Part shown: piece after piece, positions 31,139-41,651 of the stretch
How the letters are laid out: each line of letters opens with the position of its first letter
Position numbering within the stretch: position 1 is the stretch's first letter
From: a virus
Lineage: Duplodnaviria > Caudoviricetes
Direction: 5' to 3' (one strand)
DNA: 64,000 nt
Virus record (IMG/VR): IMGVR_UViG_3300021426_000072
Location: 32,001 to 96,000 of that record
Notes under the pieces: generated by a model
Told to the model about the DNA's origin: nothing
Seen by the model: only the letters and a program-made list of their open reading frames with translations
The model's database searches: none
Translations under genes and position numbers: made by a program

Positions 31139-31510
31139 ATGAATCGTGCGTTTATTATCGGACATGTTACCAAGGACGCTGAAACCCGTTCCGTGAATGT
31201 GAAAGGCATTCCTACCCTGGTTACTGACTTCACCGTCGCCGCCAACGAAGGCTACGGCGAGAACCAGACGACAGCCTATTACCGGGTGTCCATCTGGCGT
31301 GATCGTGGAGCGAAGATGGCTCCGCATCTGGTGAAGGGCCGCGCCGTGAGTATCGCCGGTATCCCGTCCGTCCGGGCATGGAAGGATAACAACGGTGATC
31401 CGCGTGCCCAGCTGGAAATGACGAACCCCACTGTCGAGTTCATCGGCAAGAAGCCGTCTGATCCTGATGACCTGCCCTTCGCAGCGGAGGCCGTCGAAGA
31501 AGAGGCGTAA
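31139..31510 (+). CDS. ssb: Single-stranded DNA-binding protein 1
   Basis: MNRAFIIGHVTKDAE, FTVAAN, YYRVSIW, LVKGRAV, acidic DDLPF tail. Confidence 0.9.
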   Translation: MNRAFIIGHVTKDAETRSVNVKGIPTLVTDFTVAANEGYGENQTTAYYRVSIWRDRGAKMAPHLVKGRAVSIAGIPSVRAWKDNNGDPRAQLEMTNPTVEFIGKKPSDPDDLPFAAEAVEEEA

Positions 31511-31523
31511 TGTATTCCCATAT

Positions 31524-31561
31524 GAGAGTCTGACTTGTTGAAAGTCAGGCTCTCTTTTTTT
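31524..31561 (+). terminator. Rho-independent terminator
   Basis: GAGAGTCTGACTT/AAGTCAGGCTCTC stem plus T-tract. Confidence 0.8.
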
Positions 31562-31582
31562 GTTCTTTTTACGAAACCGTTC

Positions 31583-31622
31583 GGTACCGAACTTTGAAGC
31601 CATTTAAAAAATGCTATAAGGG
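31583..31622 (+). promoter_or_regulatory. Conserved phage promoter-like motif, copy 1
   Basis: GGTACCGAACTTTGAAGCCATTTAAAAAATGCTATAAGGG; also at 46817 and 60236. Confidence 0.65.
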
Positions 31623-31656
31623 AAGTACTGATTTTTTCAATGAGCGAGGTTTTTTC

Positions 31657-31926
31657 ATGGAAACGTGTTTTAACTACTGTGACGATAAACAAGCTTTTTT
31701 TTCATCAGACGAGCGAAAATGGATTACGAGAATCCGTAAGCTCCAAGCACAGAATCCAGATGAAGTAATTATTCTGCGACAGCCTGAGACAAACGACGGC
31801 TGTATTTACGCAAAGCTTCCTGCTTCATATCTGAAAGTACAGCCAAAGAAGAAAATGGTAATGACAGAAGAGCGAAAAGAACAACTCATGAAGCAGTTGG
31901 AGAAGACAAGAAAGAAACCTAAGTAA
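31657..31926 (+). CDS. Conserved phage hypothetical protein
   Basis: METCFNY...SSDERKWITRIRKL...NDGCIYAKLP. Confidence 0.65.
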   Translation: METCFNYCDDKQAFFSSDERKWITRIRKLQAQNPDEVIILRQPETNDGCIYAKLPASYLKVQPKKKMVMTEERKEQLMKQLEKTRKKPK

Positions 31927-32814
31927 CTTTGGGAGATTTTGATTAAATCAGGGCTTCTAAATTCAAGGATGACCAAATTATCGTTTTTGTATCTGGAGGC
32001 TCTGATTTGATTTTTTTCTTCCGTATGATACGGATAACAACAGAAAGGAATGAGACTCACATGCCGTACAAAAGAAAATTCGTGCCAAGAGACAAAATGT
32101 CCAAGAAGGACAGGAAAGAACTCGACAACCAGAAGCGTATCATGTGGGGCTTTTCCCCGACTGAAAGAATAAAACAGAATAAAAAGCTGTATGACCGTGA
32201 GCGACTGAAGCGAACTGCCATTCAGTTTGGAGACTGAAAATATGAACGATTCTATTCATGAAGGTATGGTTCTTAGAGAACTTGTATCAAGCATATGTGG
32301 CGGAAGGTCATGTGTGGTTTGTCCGTTTGAATGTGAAAGCGGCTGTAAAACTACAAATATAGATTACGATCATCCGTCAGATGAAGAAATCAATCTGGTG
32401 GTTTCTACTTTTCTGGAGTTAAATCCCGGATATGAAGATAATATTGATCCTGCTATACTTGCTGTGGCGAAATCATACAATTGTCCGACCATCGATGTTT
32501 CTGATTCTGAGATGATTGATGTGTTCGGAGGCTAATATGACATTAGATCTTAATGATGTAATGTATGAGGTTTGTAGGAAACAGAAGAATTGTAAATCAT
32601 GTCCTATTAAAGTCGTAGAGTCTGAAGTGTGTGTTACAGGACTTTCCGTCCATGAATCTCCGGCATGGAGGAAAATGGCTGAAGCTATAGTTCCTTATTT
32701 CGTAAAAACACATCGTTCTCTCGTCTGGATGCTTAATCACAGCCTCTTGCAGTTTCTTCCTGCTGAATTAGAAGCTGGAAACAATGCAAAATAAGGTTTT
32801 GTGACTGAATTTAG

Positions 32815-33385
32815 CTCAATTATTATGAAAGTTCCTACATTATATTAATAATATATATAATAATAAGAATTATATTCATTTTATATGAATTACTAAGAAT
32901 TATTATTGTAGATATGATAATGTATGTAACTATAATATTATAACTAACTTTATTATAGTAACTATTGTAATGGTTGTAGTTAAATATATTGGTATTTGTT
33001 TTTTATTATAGTAAAGTTGTTAAGAGTAGAATAATTATAATTATAATTTCTCTCCTCTCTATACAATATGTATAATTATATTCTCTCTCTATAACACATA
33101 TATTTAACATATACAGAGAGTTTATATTATAATTATTTCTCTTTAACCTTTACTGTAATATTATGCAGTTACTGCATATTAATATAATCATTGTTTATTG
33201 TCTTATCATAATTACGATTATTATTATTTAGTTCCTCTCTTAATATCTAATGATTTTTTGGATAATAATAATAGTGATTGGATATTACAATAATAATATT
33301 AACTACGTAGATTTTATGTTTATATTAATTAATGCAATAACTGCAAGCAGTATACTGCATATATATAAATATACTCCTAAAGAGA
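32815..33385. other. Extremely AT-rich non-coding tract (candidate origin)
   Basis: About 570 bp with no listed ORF, very low GC, TATAAT-like and CTCTCT repeats. Confidence 0.5.
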
Positions 33386-34834
33386 GGAGTGATAATAAAT
33401 ATGAATGACGATGTAAGAACATGGGATGAACGATTTTGGCAGCCGGATGAAATTCTTTGGAATATCCTTTTTAAGCACCGGAATCACAAAACTAAAATTG
33501 AAACCTATGGAGATCCGAATAATCCTCAGAATGTTTGCTTATCATGTTTAACCTGTAATCAGGTTATCCTTGACGCTGAAATATATACAATCTGCGCCCG
33601 GGAAGACGTTCAATGAAAGGAAATGTTCATGACTCAGTTTGTTATCTATCAGAGTGTAACAGACAATGATGGCAGTAAAAGAATTTCTGAAGTTTCAAGG
33701 TATGCGTCTTTTGATCAGGCTCATGCGGTTATGGACTCAATTGCTGTGGGCTGTGATAATGTAGTCAGGTTTGAAAATAACAATGGTTTCTGGGGTAAAC
33801 TTCCTTTGTATAGCTCTGCGACTGAAATTAAAATGTGGATTGACTTTGAATAAGCTGTGACTAAAAGGAGAAATACTATGAAAAAGTTCGTTATCTATGA
33901 ACGCCGTGGTGACCGGGATTTTGATGATGTCCAGAAAGTAGGAGAAGCCGCGAATGAAGAATTCGCAAGGATGATCCTTTGTGACTATGCTGCCCGCTGT
34001 TCTTATCCTGAATGGAATAAGGACGGACTGGGATTTCATGCCAATGTAGGCGTGGGATACGGCGAGTACTACCATATGGTCTATAACGACGTATGGGCCA
34101 AAGAAGAGGATTTCTGAAATGAAAAAAAATAATCGAAAGCCAAAGGGTCTGCACCCTGATTGCGTAAAAGCATATCATAAAGCACGGTATGCGAAAGCAC
34201 GAGTTCGGTTTTATGGTCGGGCTTATGAAATCGGATGGAGAGACTTTTGTTCTTTCTCAAAAGATGAATTTGTCCGGACCATGTGCCACATCGAAGTGGA
34301 ATCTGTGTCTGATTTTATTAAGAGACTTTTCGGAAGACCTGAAAAACATATAAACGCCACTCTTGAGGGCGAAATTGAATTTTGAAAAATTAAACCGGTA
34401 GTAGGGAACTACAAAGCGCTAAATTAAACTGAGGACAACTTGAATCTGTAACGATTGGTTATAACCGCTTCGGTGTTTGGTGCAGTCAGGTTTACAACAA
34501 ATGCGGTTTACTGACTTTAATCATGGCAGTTGGTCTGCCTCGGGCCAGGTGTGCCCGGTATGTAAAAACTAAGCCTCTGCCGGTACTATAGCCGCCCATG
34601 TACCATATAAGGCAGATAAGCTAAAAGGCACTGGCGACGTATCGTGCCATGTCAGGTTACATCGTATGAGATGAGTTGTCCTGACTTTTAAGAATCAGGT
34701 GAGAATCCTGATATACCTGAGAGATGCTCCAGAGGAACAGCCTGACGCATAATGGCGGGGTTCTGCTCAGGTGAAGGGCTGTGTGATAGCCTGTGTTTAA
34801 TGACTGGCGTGGGTACTACGATAGTGCCAATCTT

Positions 34835-34977
34835 GTTTCCGTGGCTTAACGGGAAAGCTTGGAGTGCTCCCTGATGTAATATTGGTTGAGTTGGTTGGTT
34901 GGTTGCAATATTACTACAACGGGATACAACCGGAACACATGTCAACGGTGATTACAGTTCGAATCTGTACGGAAACA
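34835..34977 (+). ncRNA. tRNA-like RNA with large central insertion
   Basis: Acceptor GTTTCCG/CGGAAAC, D arm GCTT/AAGC, T arm TACAG-TTCGAAT-CTGTA; about 85 nt replace the anticodon arm. Confidence 0.55.
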
Positions 34978-34980
34978 CTT

Positions 34981-35200
34981 ATAAATCTTTCGCTGCAAAC
35001 ACTTACTTCTTTCTTGACTTAAAATCAAACAAATAGTGTTTGGATACCGATTGATTTATATATTTCTGGCTGGTAGCGCTTACTTCTTTGAGTTATATCT
35101 TAAACAATTAGTGCTACGATATCCAGAAATTTTAATCCCAGGGGATGCTGTTAACACTTACTTCTTTTATGCAAAAAAATAGTGTTAAGATACCGTCCCC
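34981..35200 (+). repeat. Three structured RNA repeats (GCTG..TACTTCTTT..GATAY)
   Basis: Three tandem units with covarying stems and conserved internal loops. Confidence 0.8.
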
Positions 35201-35232
35201 GTTTTTTGATTAAAATAAAGGAGATTGAATAT

Positions 35233-37257
35233 ATGAAAGAAAGTTTGAAAGAATTCCTGTTTACGAAACATATCCTTGTTGCAGAACAGGAGGAAGATCC
35301 GGGCGTTATCATTAACGTTCTGACAGCTTTTAAAGGGCTGCTTAATGTTACAATTACCAAAGGATATAACCTTGCTCATAGAGATATGATTCGGTTTATG
35401 GCTTCTCTTCTGGGTGAGCAGGTTCCTGCTTCGTTTTACCGTGGATTTCCAAACAGTGTGCGTGAACTTACAAGTGATCAGTTGCTGTTTGATCAGCTTT
35501 CTCATTACGTATCTACATATGGCTGGGGCAACTTCGAAGAACAGGGGCATAGTTTCTTCGAAACTGTTACTTATCGCAATCCTTTTAATGAAAAGCCAAC
35601 TGTGCCGAAGGAGTTTGTTATCCTCGACGAAGCTCATGCAAAGGATAAACTGCTGGGGTTCTTCAATGATCTGGCTGCGTCTACTCGTCCTTTGAATGAG
35701 TTGATGCAGAATGTAATGATTGACTGTATCAGTGAGTATGACTGGTTTCCGTGGTCTATTGCTTCACGACAGACGACTGTTGATCTTTTGTATAAAACTA
35801 AGGATTTGCGGTTTGCCAAGTTTATGAAGATGCAGGATGTTATCAAGTACGTCGATACCATTAACTGGCTCAGTCATTGGTCGGAGAACATGAAGACTGT
35901 GCGGTTGACCAGCTCTGAGCGTAAGCTCGTTACCAAGGTTCTGGATACTGTCCTGTTTGTTGCAGAACCGGAAGATATCCGTGTCTGCCTTGAGAAGCGG
36001 GCTATTTGGAAGGGCATCCTGCATCAGATTCACTACAAGCCGAAGACTGAAAAGTCGAAAGAGCTTATCGGGCTTATCTACAATGATAAGATTCCGTCTT
36101 ACTCTGGCGTTGTAGATCGGGCTATTCACAGCGATAAGTTTACCGTTGTGGAATCTGCTCAACTGTTGAAAGACACTAAAGGAAATGGTGCTCTGCTTCG
36201 GTCTTTGAACTATTTTCTGTATATGTGCCGTTCAAAGGAACAGATTGAAGGGGTTATCAACTTGGTTGATGCAAAAAATCCTATTATTCTGTTCCAGCTT
36301 CTTGATTCCTATGCCAATTACAGCACCGATAACCGGGTGTTTACGTTCATTCGGCATGAACGGGTGAAAAAGCATAAGGAAGCTATGCGTAAATGGTACT
36401 TGACTTCGGATATTATTACGTATATTACTGAAGCTTTGCAGACAAAGCTCGAAGAATCCCTGAAAGGAAAGATAAACAAGGTATACATTGCTCCCGGAAT
36501 GGAGAAGGTGTGTGTACCTGTGAACCTTTCTGCCGGAGAGAGCGGATTTGGCATTATGCCGACTGGTTCTCGTATTAAACTTCCCGAAGGAAAGAAGATT
36601 CGTGCTTTTACCTACTGGGAAAAGGTAAACGATATTGATTTGTCCTGTTTCGGGCTGTCCTCTGATGGTTCTGAGGATATTGAGTTTTCCTGGCGCACTA
36701 TGTATGGGCGTCAGAGCAACGCTATGACGTACTCCGGTGATCAGACTTCCGGCTACGATGGCGGTTCCGAATTCTTTGATGTTGATATCGATGAAATTCG
36801 GAAAGCGTATCCTTCAATTGATTATATTATCTTTTGTAACAATGTTTATTCTGGAGTTACATTTGATAAGGTTGTATGCCGTGCCGGATGGATGAATCGT
36901 GATATCTTTGATTCTGGAGAGGTTTACGAACCGAAGACGGTTGAATCCGCATATCAGATTAATGCCAAGTCAACGTTTGCATATCTTTACGCCATTGACG
37001 TCGTAAACCGTGAGGTTGTGTGGCTGAATCTGGCAGATGCAAAGAATCACCGGGTGGCAGGAGGAAATACCTTCTCATGGATGAGGAAATATTTCACTAT
37101 GAGCGAAACCATGAACATGGCTAAACTCTTTACTATGGCAGCGACTGAAGTTGTCGATGCTCCCGAGAAAGCTGATCTGGTTGTAGGAGATGTTGAAACG
37201 GACAAACCTCAGATTCATTCTTATGAGTTTGAAAAAGCCTTTTCAATTTTAAGTTGA
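35233..37257 (+). CDS. Large helical protein with C-terminal TerD-like domain
   Basis: DIDLSCFGL and YSGDQTSGYDGGSEFFDVDI resemble TerD motifs; GGAG RBS before the ATG at 35233. Confidence 0.65.
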   Translation: MKESLKEFLFTKHILVAEQEEDPGVIINVLTAFKGLLNVTITKGYNLAHRDMIRFMASLLGEQVPASFYRGFPNSVRELTSDQLLFDQLSHYVSTYGWGNFEEQGHSFFETVTYRNPFNEKPTVPKEFVILDEAHAKDKLLGFFNDLAASTRPLNELMQNVMIDCISEYDWFPWSIASRQTTVDLLYKTKDLRFAKFMKMQDVIKYVDTINWLSHWSENMKTVRLTSSERKLVTKVLDTVLFVAEPEDIRVCLEKRAIWKGILHQIHYKPKTEKSKELIGLIYNDKIPSYSGVVDRAIHSDKFTVVESAQLLKDTKGNGALLRSLNYFLYMCRSKEQIEGVINLVDAKNPIILFQLLDSYANYSTDNRVFTFIRHERVKKHKEAMRKWYLTSDIITYITEALQTKLEESLKGKINKVYIAPGMEKVCVPVNLSAGESGFGIMPTGSRIKLPEGKKIRAFTYWEKVNDIDLSCFGLSSDGSEDIEFSWRTMYGRQSNAMTYSGDQTSGYDGGSEFFDVDIDEIRKAYPSIDYIIFCNNVYSGVTFDKVVCRAGWMNRDIFDSGEVYEPKTVESAYQINAKSTFAYLYAIDVVNREVVWLNLADAKNHRVAGGNTFSWMRKYFTMSETMNMAKLFTMAATEVVDAPEKADLVVGDVETDKPQIHSYEFEKAFSILS

Positions 37258-37262
37258 AAGAC

Positions 37263-37289
37263 GCCCTCCTTGAAAAAGGAGGGCTTTTT
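37263..37289 (+). terminator. Rho-independent terminator
   Basis: GCCCTCCTT/AAGGAGGGC stem plus TTTTT. Confidence 0.8.
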
Positions 37290-37323
37290 CAATTGAAACT
37301 TTAAAATTCTAAGCAAACTACGA

Positions 37324-37698
37324 ATGGTCGGAGAATTAAATATGAATGTATATACAGAACGAGTTGATGGATATCAAATCAGGGATATTGCTTATTTAGG
37401 AAAACCTCCTTTTGATGATCCGGTAAGGTTTGATGTTGTGAAATGGATTTCGGAAGAAAAGCCTTATATGGGAACTATTTATTATGAAACTCCGATAGGA
37501 TGGATAACAAAAGAAGAATTAATTACAGAACATTGTTATTCAGTTGGTGTTTTGGAATGGAATGAACATGAACTGGATTTCGATTTCCATTCTGTTGGAC
37601 TTCGTTGGCTGGAAGAAAAACCTTCTGAAGCAGTTGTAGATATGATTTTAAAGTTTTGCGAAGAAAAGAAGAAAGAAATCTATGAAAGTTCTGATTAA
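37324..37698 (+). CDS. Hypothetical protein
   Basis: 124-aa ORF. Confidence 0.6.
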   Translation: MVGELNMNVYTERVDGYQIRDIAYLGKPPFDDPVRFDVVKWISEEKPYMGTIYYETPIGWITKEELITEHCYSVGVLEWNEHELDFDFHSVGLRWLEEKPSEAVVDMILKFCEEKKKEIYESSD

Positions 37699-37725
37699 GA
37701 TAATTTAATACAGGAGATAGAGTAA

Positions 37726-38046
37726 ATGCTTGATGAAATGTTTTATGATGCTTTTTCCAATTCTTACACTGTAAAACCGGATTTGTACGCTCCGCCTGAA
37801 AGATATGTGAAAACAGTGAGAGGCGATCATGATGTTTATGTTGATGTGTGGGCTGGAGAAAAGAATGGGCATCCGAATTGTGAATTGAGAATTGAATATA
37901 CTCCAGAAGAATATTATTCTCCTATGCACAATGCTCGGTTCTTTGAATATTGTGAGAAAAATAACTTTAAGGCAAAAATTCTTTCCTGTTTCATCCTTCC
38001 TAAGAAAGTTTTTGACGAATATGTTGTGAAATTTGGCTTGGAATAA
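37726..38046 (+). CDS. Hypothetical protein
   Basis: 106-aa ORF with AGGAG RBS. Confidence 0.6.
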   Translation: MLDEMFYDAFSNSYTVKPDLYAPPERYVKTVRGDHDVYVDVWAGEKNGHPNCELRIEYTPEEYYSPMHNARFFEYCEKNNFKAKILSCFILPKKVFDEYVVKFGLE

Positions 38047-38202
38047 AATTTTAAGTTGGTGATTTTATGCTATTCCGTTGCTTAATAGATGTCTTTTCTC
38101 TTTTTGGGGTGATTTTATTAACATTGTTGATTTTGTTTGGTGTAATTGTCATTGTTTTTTTGACTATAGGCGAGAAGAAACACTGGTGGTAGGTGACTGA
38201 AT

Positions 38203-38550
38203 TTGAAAATTATCGTTGCTGGTTCACGAACTTTTGACGATTATAGGCTTCTCGAATCAAAACTGGATTATCTTTTTCAAAATATCCACCCGGTTATTAT
38301 TTGCGGGGAGGCAAAAGGCGCCGACTTGTTAGGGAAAAAATATGCTCGTGAAAAAGGTCTGGAATGTATATCTTTTCCTGCAAAATGGGAAGAAGACGGA
38401 AAATCTGCCGGATATAAAAGAAATGAACTGATGGGTCAAATTGCAGATGGATTAGTTGCTTTCTGGGACAGAAAATCAAAAGGAACAAAACATATGATTG
38501 AATATATGCTGTCTCTCGGGAAAGAAGTAAGGATCATCAAATACAAATAA
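38203..38550 (+). CDS. SLOG-superfamily (YspA/DUF2493-like) protein
   Basis: IIVAGSRTF, IICGEAKGAD, AGYKRN, VAFWDRKSKGTKHMI. Confidence 0.85.
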   Translation: MKIIVAGSRTFDDYRLLESKLDYLFQNIHPVIICGEAKGADLLGKKYAREKGLECISFPAKWEEDGKSAGYKRNELMGQIADGLVAFWDRKSKGTKHMIEYMLSLGKEVRIIKYK

Positions 38551-38898
38551 ATAAAAGGCTGATAAAAATGAGCACTTATGTAAGAATCGACAAGTGTGTT
38601 TTTGATGCAATCATCGAATCAATCATCAAAGTAGATCAACGACTGCATCTTTTAGATCAAGATGTTCCAAAATACATTTATTGTGCAGATGATTACGTTC
38701 AATATGAAAAAGATGAAGAGGAAAAATGAATGGAAATTTATAAGTGCGAAAGGTGTAAGAAACGTTTTCTTACGTGCGATCTTGTAAGAACAAAATGTTC
38801 AGAGAACGAATGTGGATCGTACTTGATTCCATTTTGTCCTGAATGTTTCGGGCCAATCAAAGTTGAAAAGCCCAAAGAAGCTCTCTGATGGGAGCTGT

Positions 38899-38982
38899 GC
38901 CGTCGTGGGCGAGAGGTCTATGTCACCTGTCTTGAAAACAGGCAAGCGTACTGCTTCGCAGGTTCAAATCCTGCCGACGGCG
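38899..38982 (+). tRNA. tRNA-Ser(TGA)
   Basis: Cloverleaf; anticodon arm CCTGT-CTTGAAA-ACAGG; long variable arm; GGTTCAAATCC. Confidence 0.85.
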
Positions 38983-38988
38983 CTTTAT

Positions 38989-39061
38989 GCTTCATTAGCT
39001 CAGTTGGCAGAGCACATGACTTTTAATCATGGTGTCCGGGGTTCAATTCCCCGATGAGGCA
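38989..39061 (+). tRNA. tRNA-Lys(TTT)
   Basis: CATGA-CTTTTAA-TCATG; canonical D and T arms. Confidence 0.92.
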
Positions 39062-39084
39062 CTAAAAATTGGAGGATAATTAAT

Positions 39085-39351
39085 ATGGCTAAAGATTTGG
39101 TTAAAAGAAGCTTCAGAATAACATTTACCCGCAAAGCGCAAGATGGTGAATCTATTGATCATCCTGGCTGGTTTGATTCACGAGACAAAAGAGTTATTGA
39201 TTCTACGGAATTTGATGTGAGCTCTTTTGATTATACTTGTGATGAATATCTTCCAGAACTCATAAATTTATTTAATGCGTTTACTGCTGAAAATAATTTT
39301 GATGCGGTGGAAGTTGTTCAGATTGATGAGGTTCCTTATGACGGCGATTAA
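39085..39351 (+). CDS. Hypothetical protein
   Basis: GGAGG RBS; 88 aa. Confidence 0.6.
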   Translation: MAKDLVKRSFRITFTRKAQDGESIDHPGWFDSRDKRVIDSTEFDVSSFDYTCDEYLPELINLFNAFTAENNFDAVEVVQIDEVPYDGD

Positions 39352-39366
39352 TTTGCCGTCGTTTAT

Positions 39367-39440
39367 CGAGATGTAGCGCAGGTTGGTAGCGCATCTGATT
39401 TGGGATCAGAAGGTCGCAGGTTCAAATCCTGTCGTCTCGA
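39367..39440 (+). tRNA. tRNA-Pro(TGG)
   Basis: TCTGA-TTTGGGA-TCAGA; GGTTCAAATCC. Confidence 0.92.
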
Positions 39441-39771
39441 CTTTGGAGTAGTGACTTGCTCCGAACGTCTTCCTGAATTGTTTGTTGGTTGAAATGATAT
39501 ATACCAATAAATGTAAACGACTGTATCTTATTACAGGAGTAATTCATAGACGTAAACCTATTACATATATATTTTGCCTACGTTGCGGGTATATAGCGAG
39601 AAACGGATACTACCTAGTCACAGGAGTTGCAACTTAGAAGTTCCGTGTTACTACAAGGTTCTGAAATTGATGGCAGACGTGAGGTTGGGCTGTAAAGGCG
39701 AGGGTGTGCTGTTAGAAGGTGCATGTGTAATTGATGTCTGATAAAGTAAGAGCCTCGTAGTAGTGTGTTAT

Positions 39772-39845
39772 GCTCCATTAGCTCATAAGGATAGAGCAGC
39801 GGTCTTCTAAACCGCAGGTATACGGTTCGAATCCGTAATGGAGTA
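39772..39845 (+). tRNA. tRNA-Arg(TCT)
   Basis: GCGGT-CTTCTAA-ACCGC; GGTTCGAATCC. Confidence 0.92.
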
Positions 39846-39880
39846 CTGATTTATTTTTTAAACAAAGAAAGGAATAAACA

Positions 39881-40300
39881 ATGAGTTACTGTAAAGATGC
39901 AATCAGTTGTGAAGTCAAATCAAAAGAAGGATTTTATATTGGAGACATTTGCTATGCTCTTGCCGATGAGGTCTATTTTGGAATCTGGGGCAATCATGAT
40001 TTCAAAGATGGCAGTCATCATGTTTCAGAAGCAGATTTGGATTTTGCTGTAGCTTCTACAGCCTTTGGTGACGGAGTTTACTTGGGATCAAATGGATTCC
40101 TGTACGGAGTAGATGCTGGCAATATTGGCATTGTTCCTCTTGAACTGGTTGAGAAAGACATAAATGGCTGTGGAACTGTTTATAACATTCCGGGGAAAGC
40201 TTCTCTGTGTGCCGAAGATGGAAAGTTTATTTTCCGCCTTCCAGATGACAAAGAAATTAAAATCAACACAGTTTATTACGAAGAAGAAGACGATGAGTAA
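39881..40300 (+). CDS. Conserved phage hypothetical protein
   Basis: FYIGDICY...TAFGDGVY...VDAGNIGIVP motif. Confidence 0.7.
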   Translation: MSYCKDAISCEVKSKEGFYIGDICYALADEVYFGIWGNHDFKDGSHHVSEADLDFAVASTAFGDGVYLGSNGFLYGVDAGNIGIVPLELVEKDINGCGTVYNIPGKASLCAEDGKFIFRLPDDKEIKINTVYYEEEDDE

Positions 40301-40315
40301 AGGAGATTTATAAAA

Positions 40316-40858
40316 ATGAAAAAGTTTAAATTGGGTTTGATTGTTCTCGCAATTATTGTCTGCGTTATTGTAGCCGGTTTGTATTTTGTCCATAATGCAG
40401 AAAATACAGCCGTTGGAATGGAAGAGGAAATCAACTCTGCGACATCTGAAATCAACGTGCAGGAAAAGCGCAGAGCTGATTTGATTCCAAATCTTATTGA
40501 GTGTGTAAAAGCTTATGACAAGCATGAATATGAAACACTCCTTGCGCTGATAAATGCTCGTAAACCTGACGACAAAGTTGCCAGTGATGTTCAGCTTGCA
40601 GTTAATGCGATTGCTGAGGCCTATCCAGAATTGAAATCAAGTGAACAGTACAAACAGTTAATGACTGAGCTTGCTGTTACAGAAAATATGATTGCCAATT
40701 ATCGTAATGCATACAATAAACGGGTAAAAGAGTATTCAACTTATGTTCGCAGGTTTCCGCATAGTTTTCTTTTTAACATGACTGGCTATGAAGAAAAGAA
40801 ATATGAATACCTTTATTACGAAGTGTCGGACACAGCTCCGACAATAAATTTTAATTGA
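40316..40858 (+). CDS. lemA: LemA family protein
   Basis: N-terminal TM helix; RRADLIPNL, AEAYPELKS, ENMIANYRNAYN, RRFP. Confidence 0.9.
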   Translation: MKKFKLGLIVLAIIVCVIVAGLYFVHNAENTAVGMEEEINSATSEINVQEKRRADLIPNLIECVKAYDKHEYETLLALINARKPDDKVASDVQLAVNAIAEAYPELKSSEQYKQLMTELAVTENMIANYRNAYNKRVKEYSTYVRRFPHSFLFNMTGYEEKKYEYLYYEVSDTAPTINFN

Positions 40859-40859
40859 T

Positions 40860-41573
40860 ATGGAAGTAACGAAAAGAGAAATACTTTGTTGTGTAATTAT
40901 TTCTTGTGTTATGTTCGTTGTTGGATTGGTCTTACAGCAAGTTATCCGCACGGCAGTAACAGAACGAAATAAGGAATATGAACATGCAATTCATATTCAG
41001 GATACAGACACCTTTGTTTATGGAATGGGCACAAACATTGGTCATGCATTTGTATATGGTGATCTTGTTGCTGTTGATCCTGTTTCGCATGATAATTTGA
41101 AGGGTGAATGGCTGTGGATTCAAAGAATAACAGAGCATTATACTTTGCATTATCGTACAGTTACAGTAAAAGAAGGGAAACAGACAAAAACTGTTCAGCA
41201 GCCTTATTATACTTGGGATAAAGTGGCTACTGATACGTGGCACAGCAAGAAAATCACATTTCTTGGAGTTGAATTTCCTTACGAAAAGATATCAGGGTTT
41301 TATACCAAGAATATAAAAACAGATACTTATGGATACATAAGATACAAATGGAGTGCGAGTGACGTAAAACACATCGGAACAATTTATACGACACTTAAAG
41401 ATAATACAATATCAAATACAAGATTTTATGAATCAATGACTTCGTGGCAAGCCCGTGAAGTCTGTATTATAAATGTTACTTTGTATGTTGTTTTGTTTTG
41501 GATTGTTTGGGTTTTAACAACTGCTGCTTTGTGTTTTGGGTTCTGTTACTTAGAAAATGATTGGCTTGAATAA
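40860..41573 (+). CDS. Two-TM membrane protein coupled to LemA
   Basis: N- and C-terminal TM helices; ends in YLENDWLE. Confidence 0.7.
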   Translation: MEVTKREILCCVIISCVMFVVGLVLQQVIRTAVTERNKEYEHAIHIQDTDTFVYGMGTNIGHAFVYGDLVAVDPVSHDNLKGEWLWIQRITEHYTLHYRTVTVKEGKQTKTVQQPYYTWDKVATDTWHSKKITFLGVEFPYEKISGFYTKNIKTDTYGYIRYKWSASDVKHIGTIYTTLKDNTISNTRFYESMTSWQAREVCIINVTLYVVLFWIVWVLTTAALCFGFCYLENDWLE

Positions 41574-41651
41574 TAAGAAAAAATAAACTTAAAGAAACAG
41601 GGGCATATTATTCTTCAACGGGGAAAAACTTTATAAAAGAATATAGGAAGG

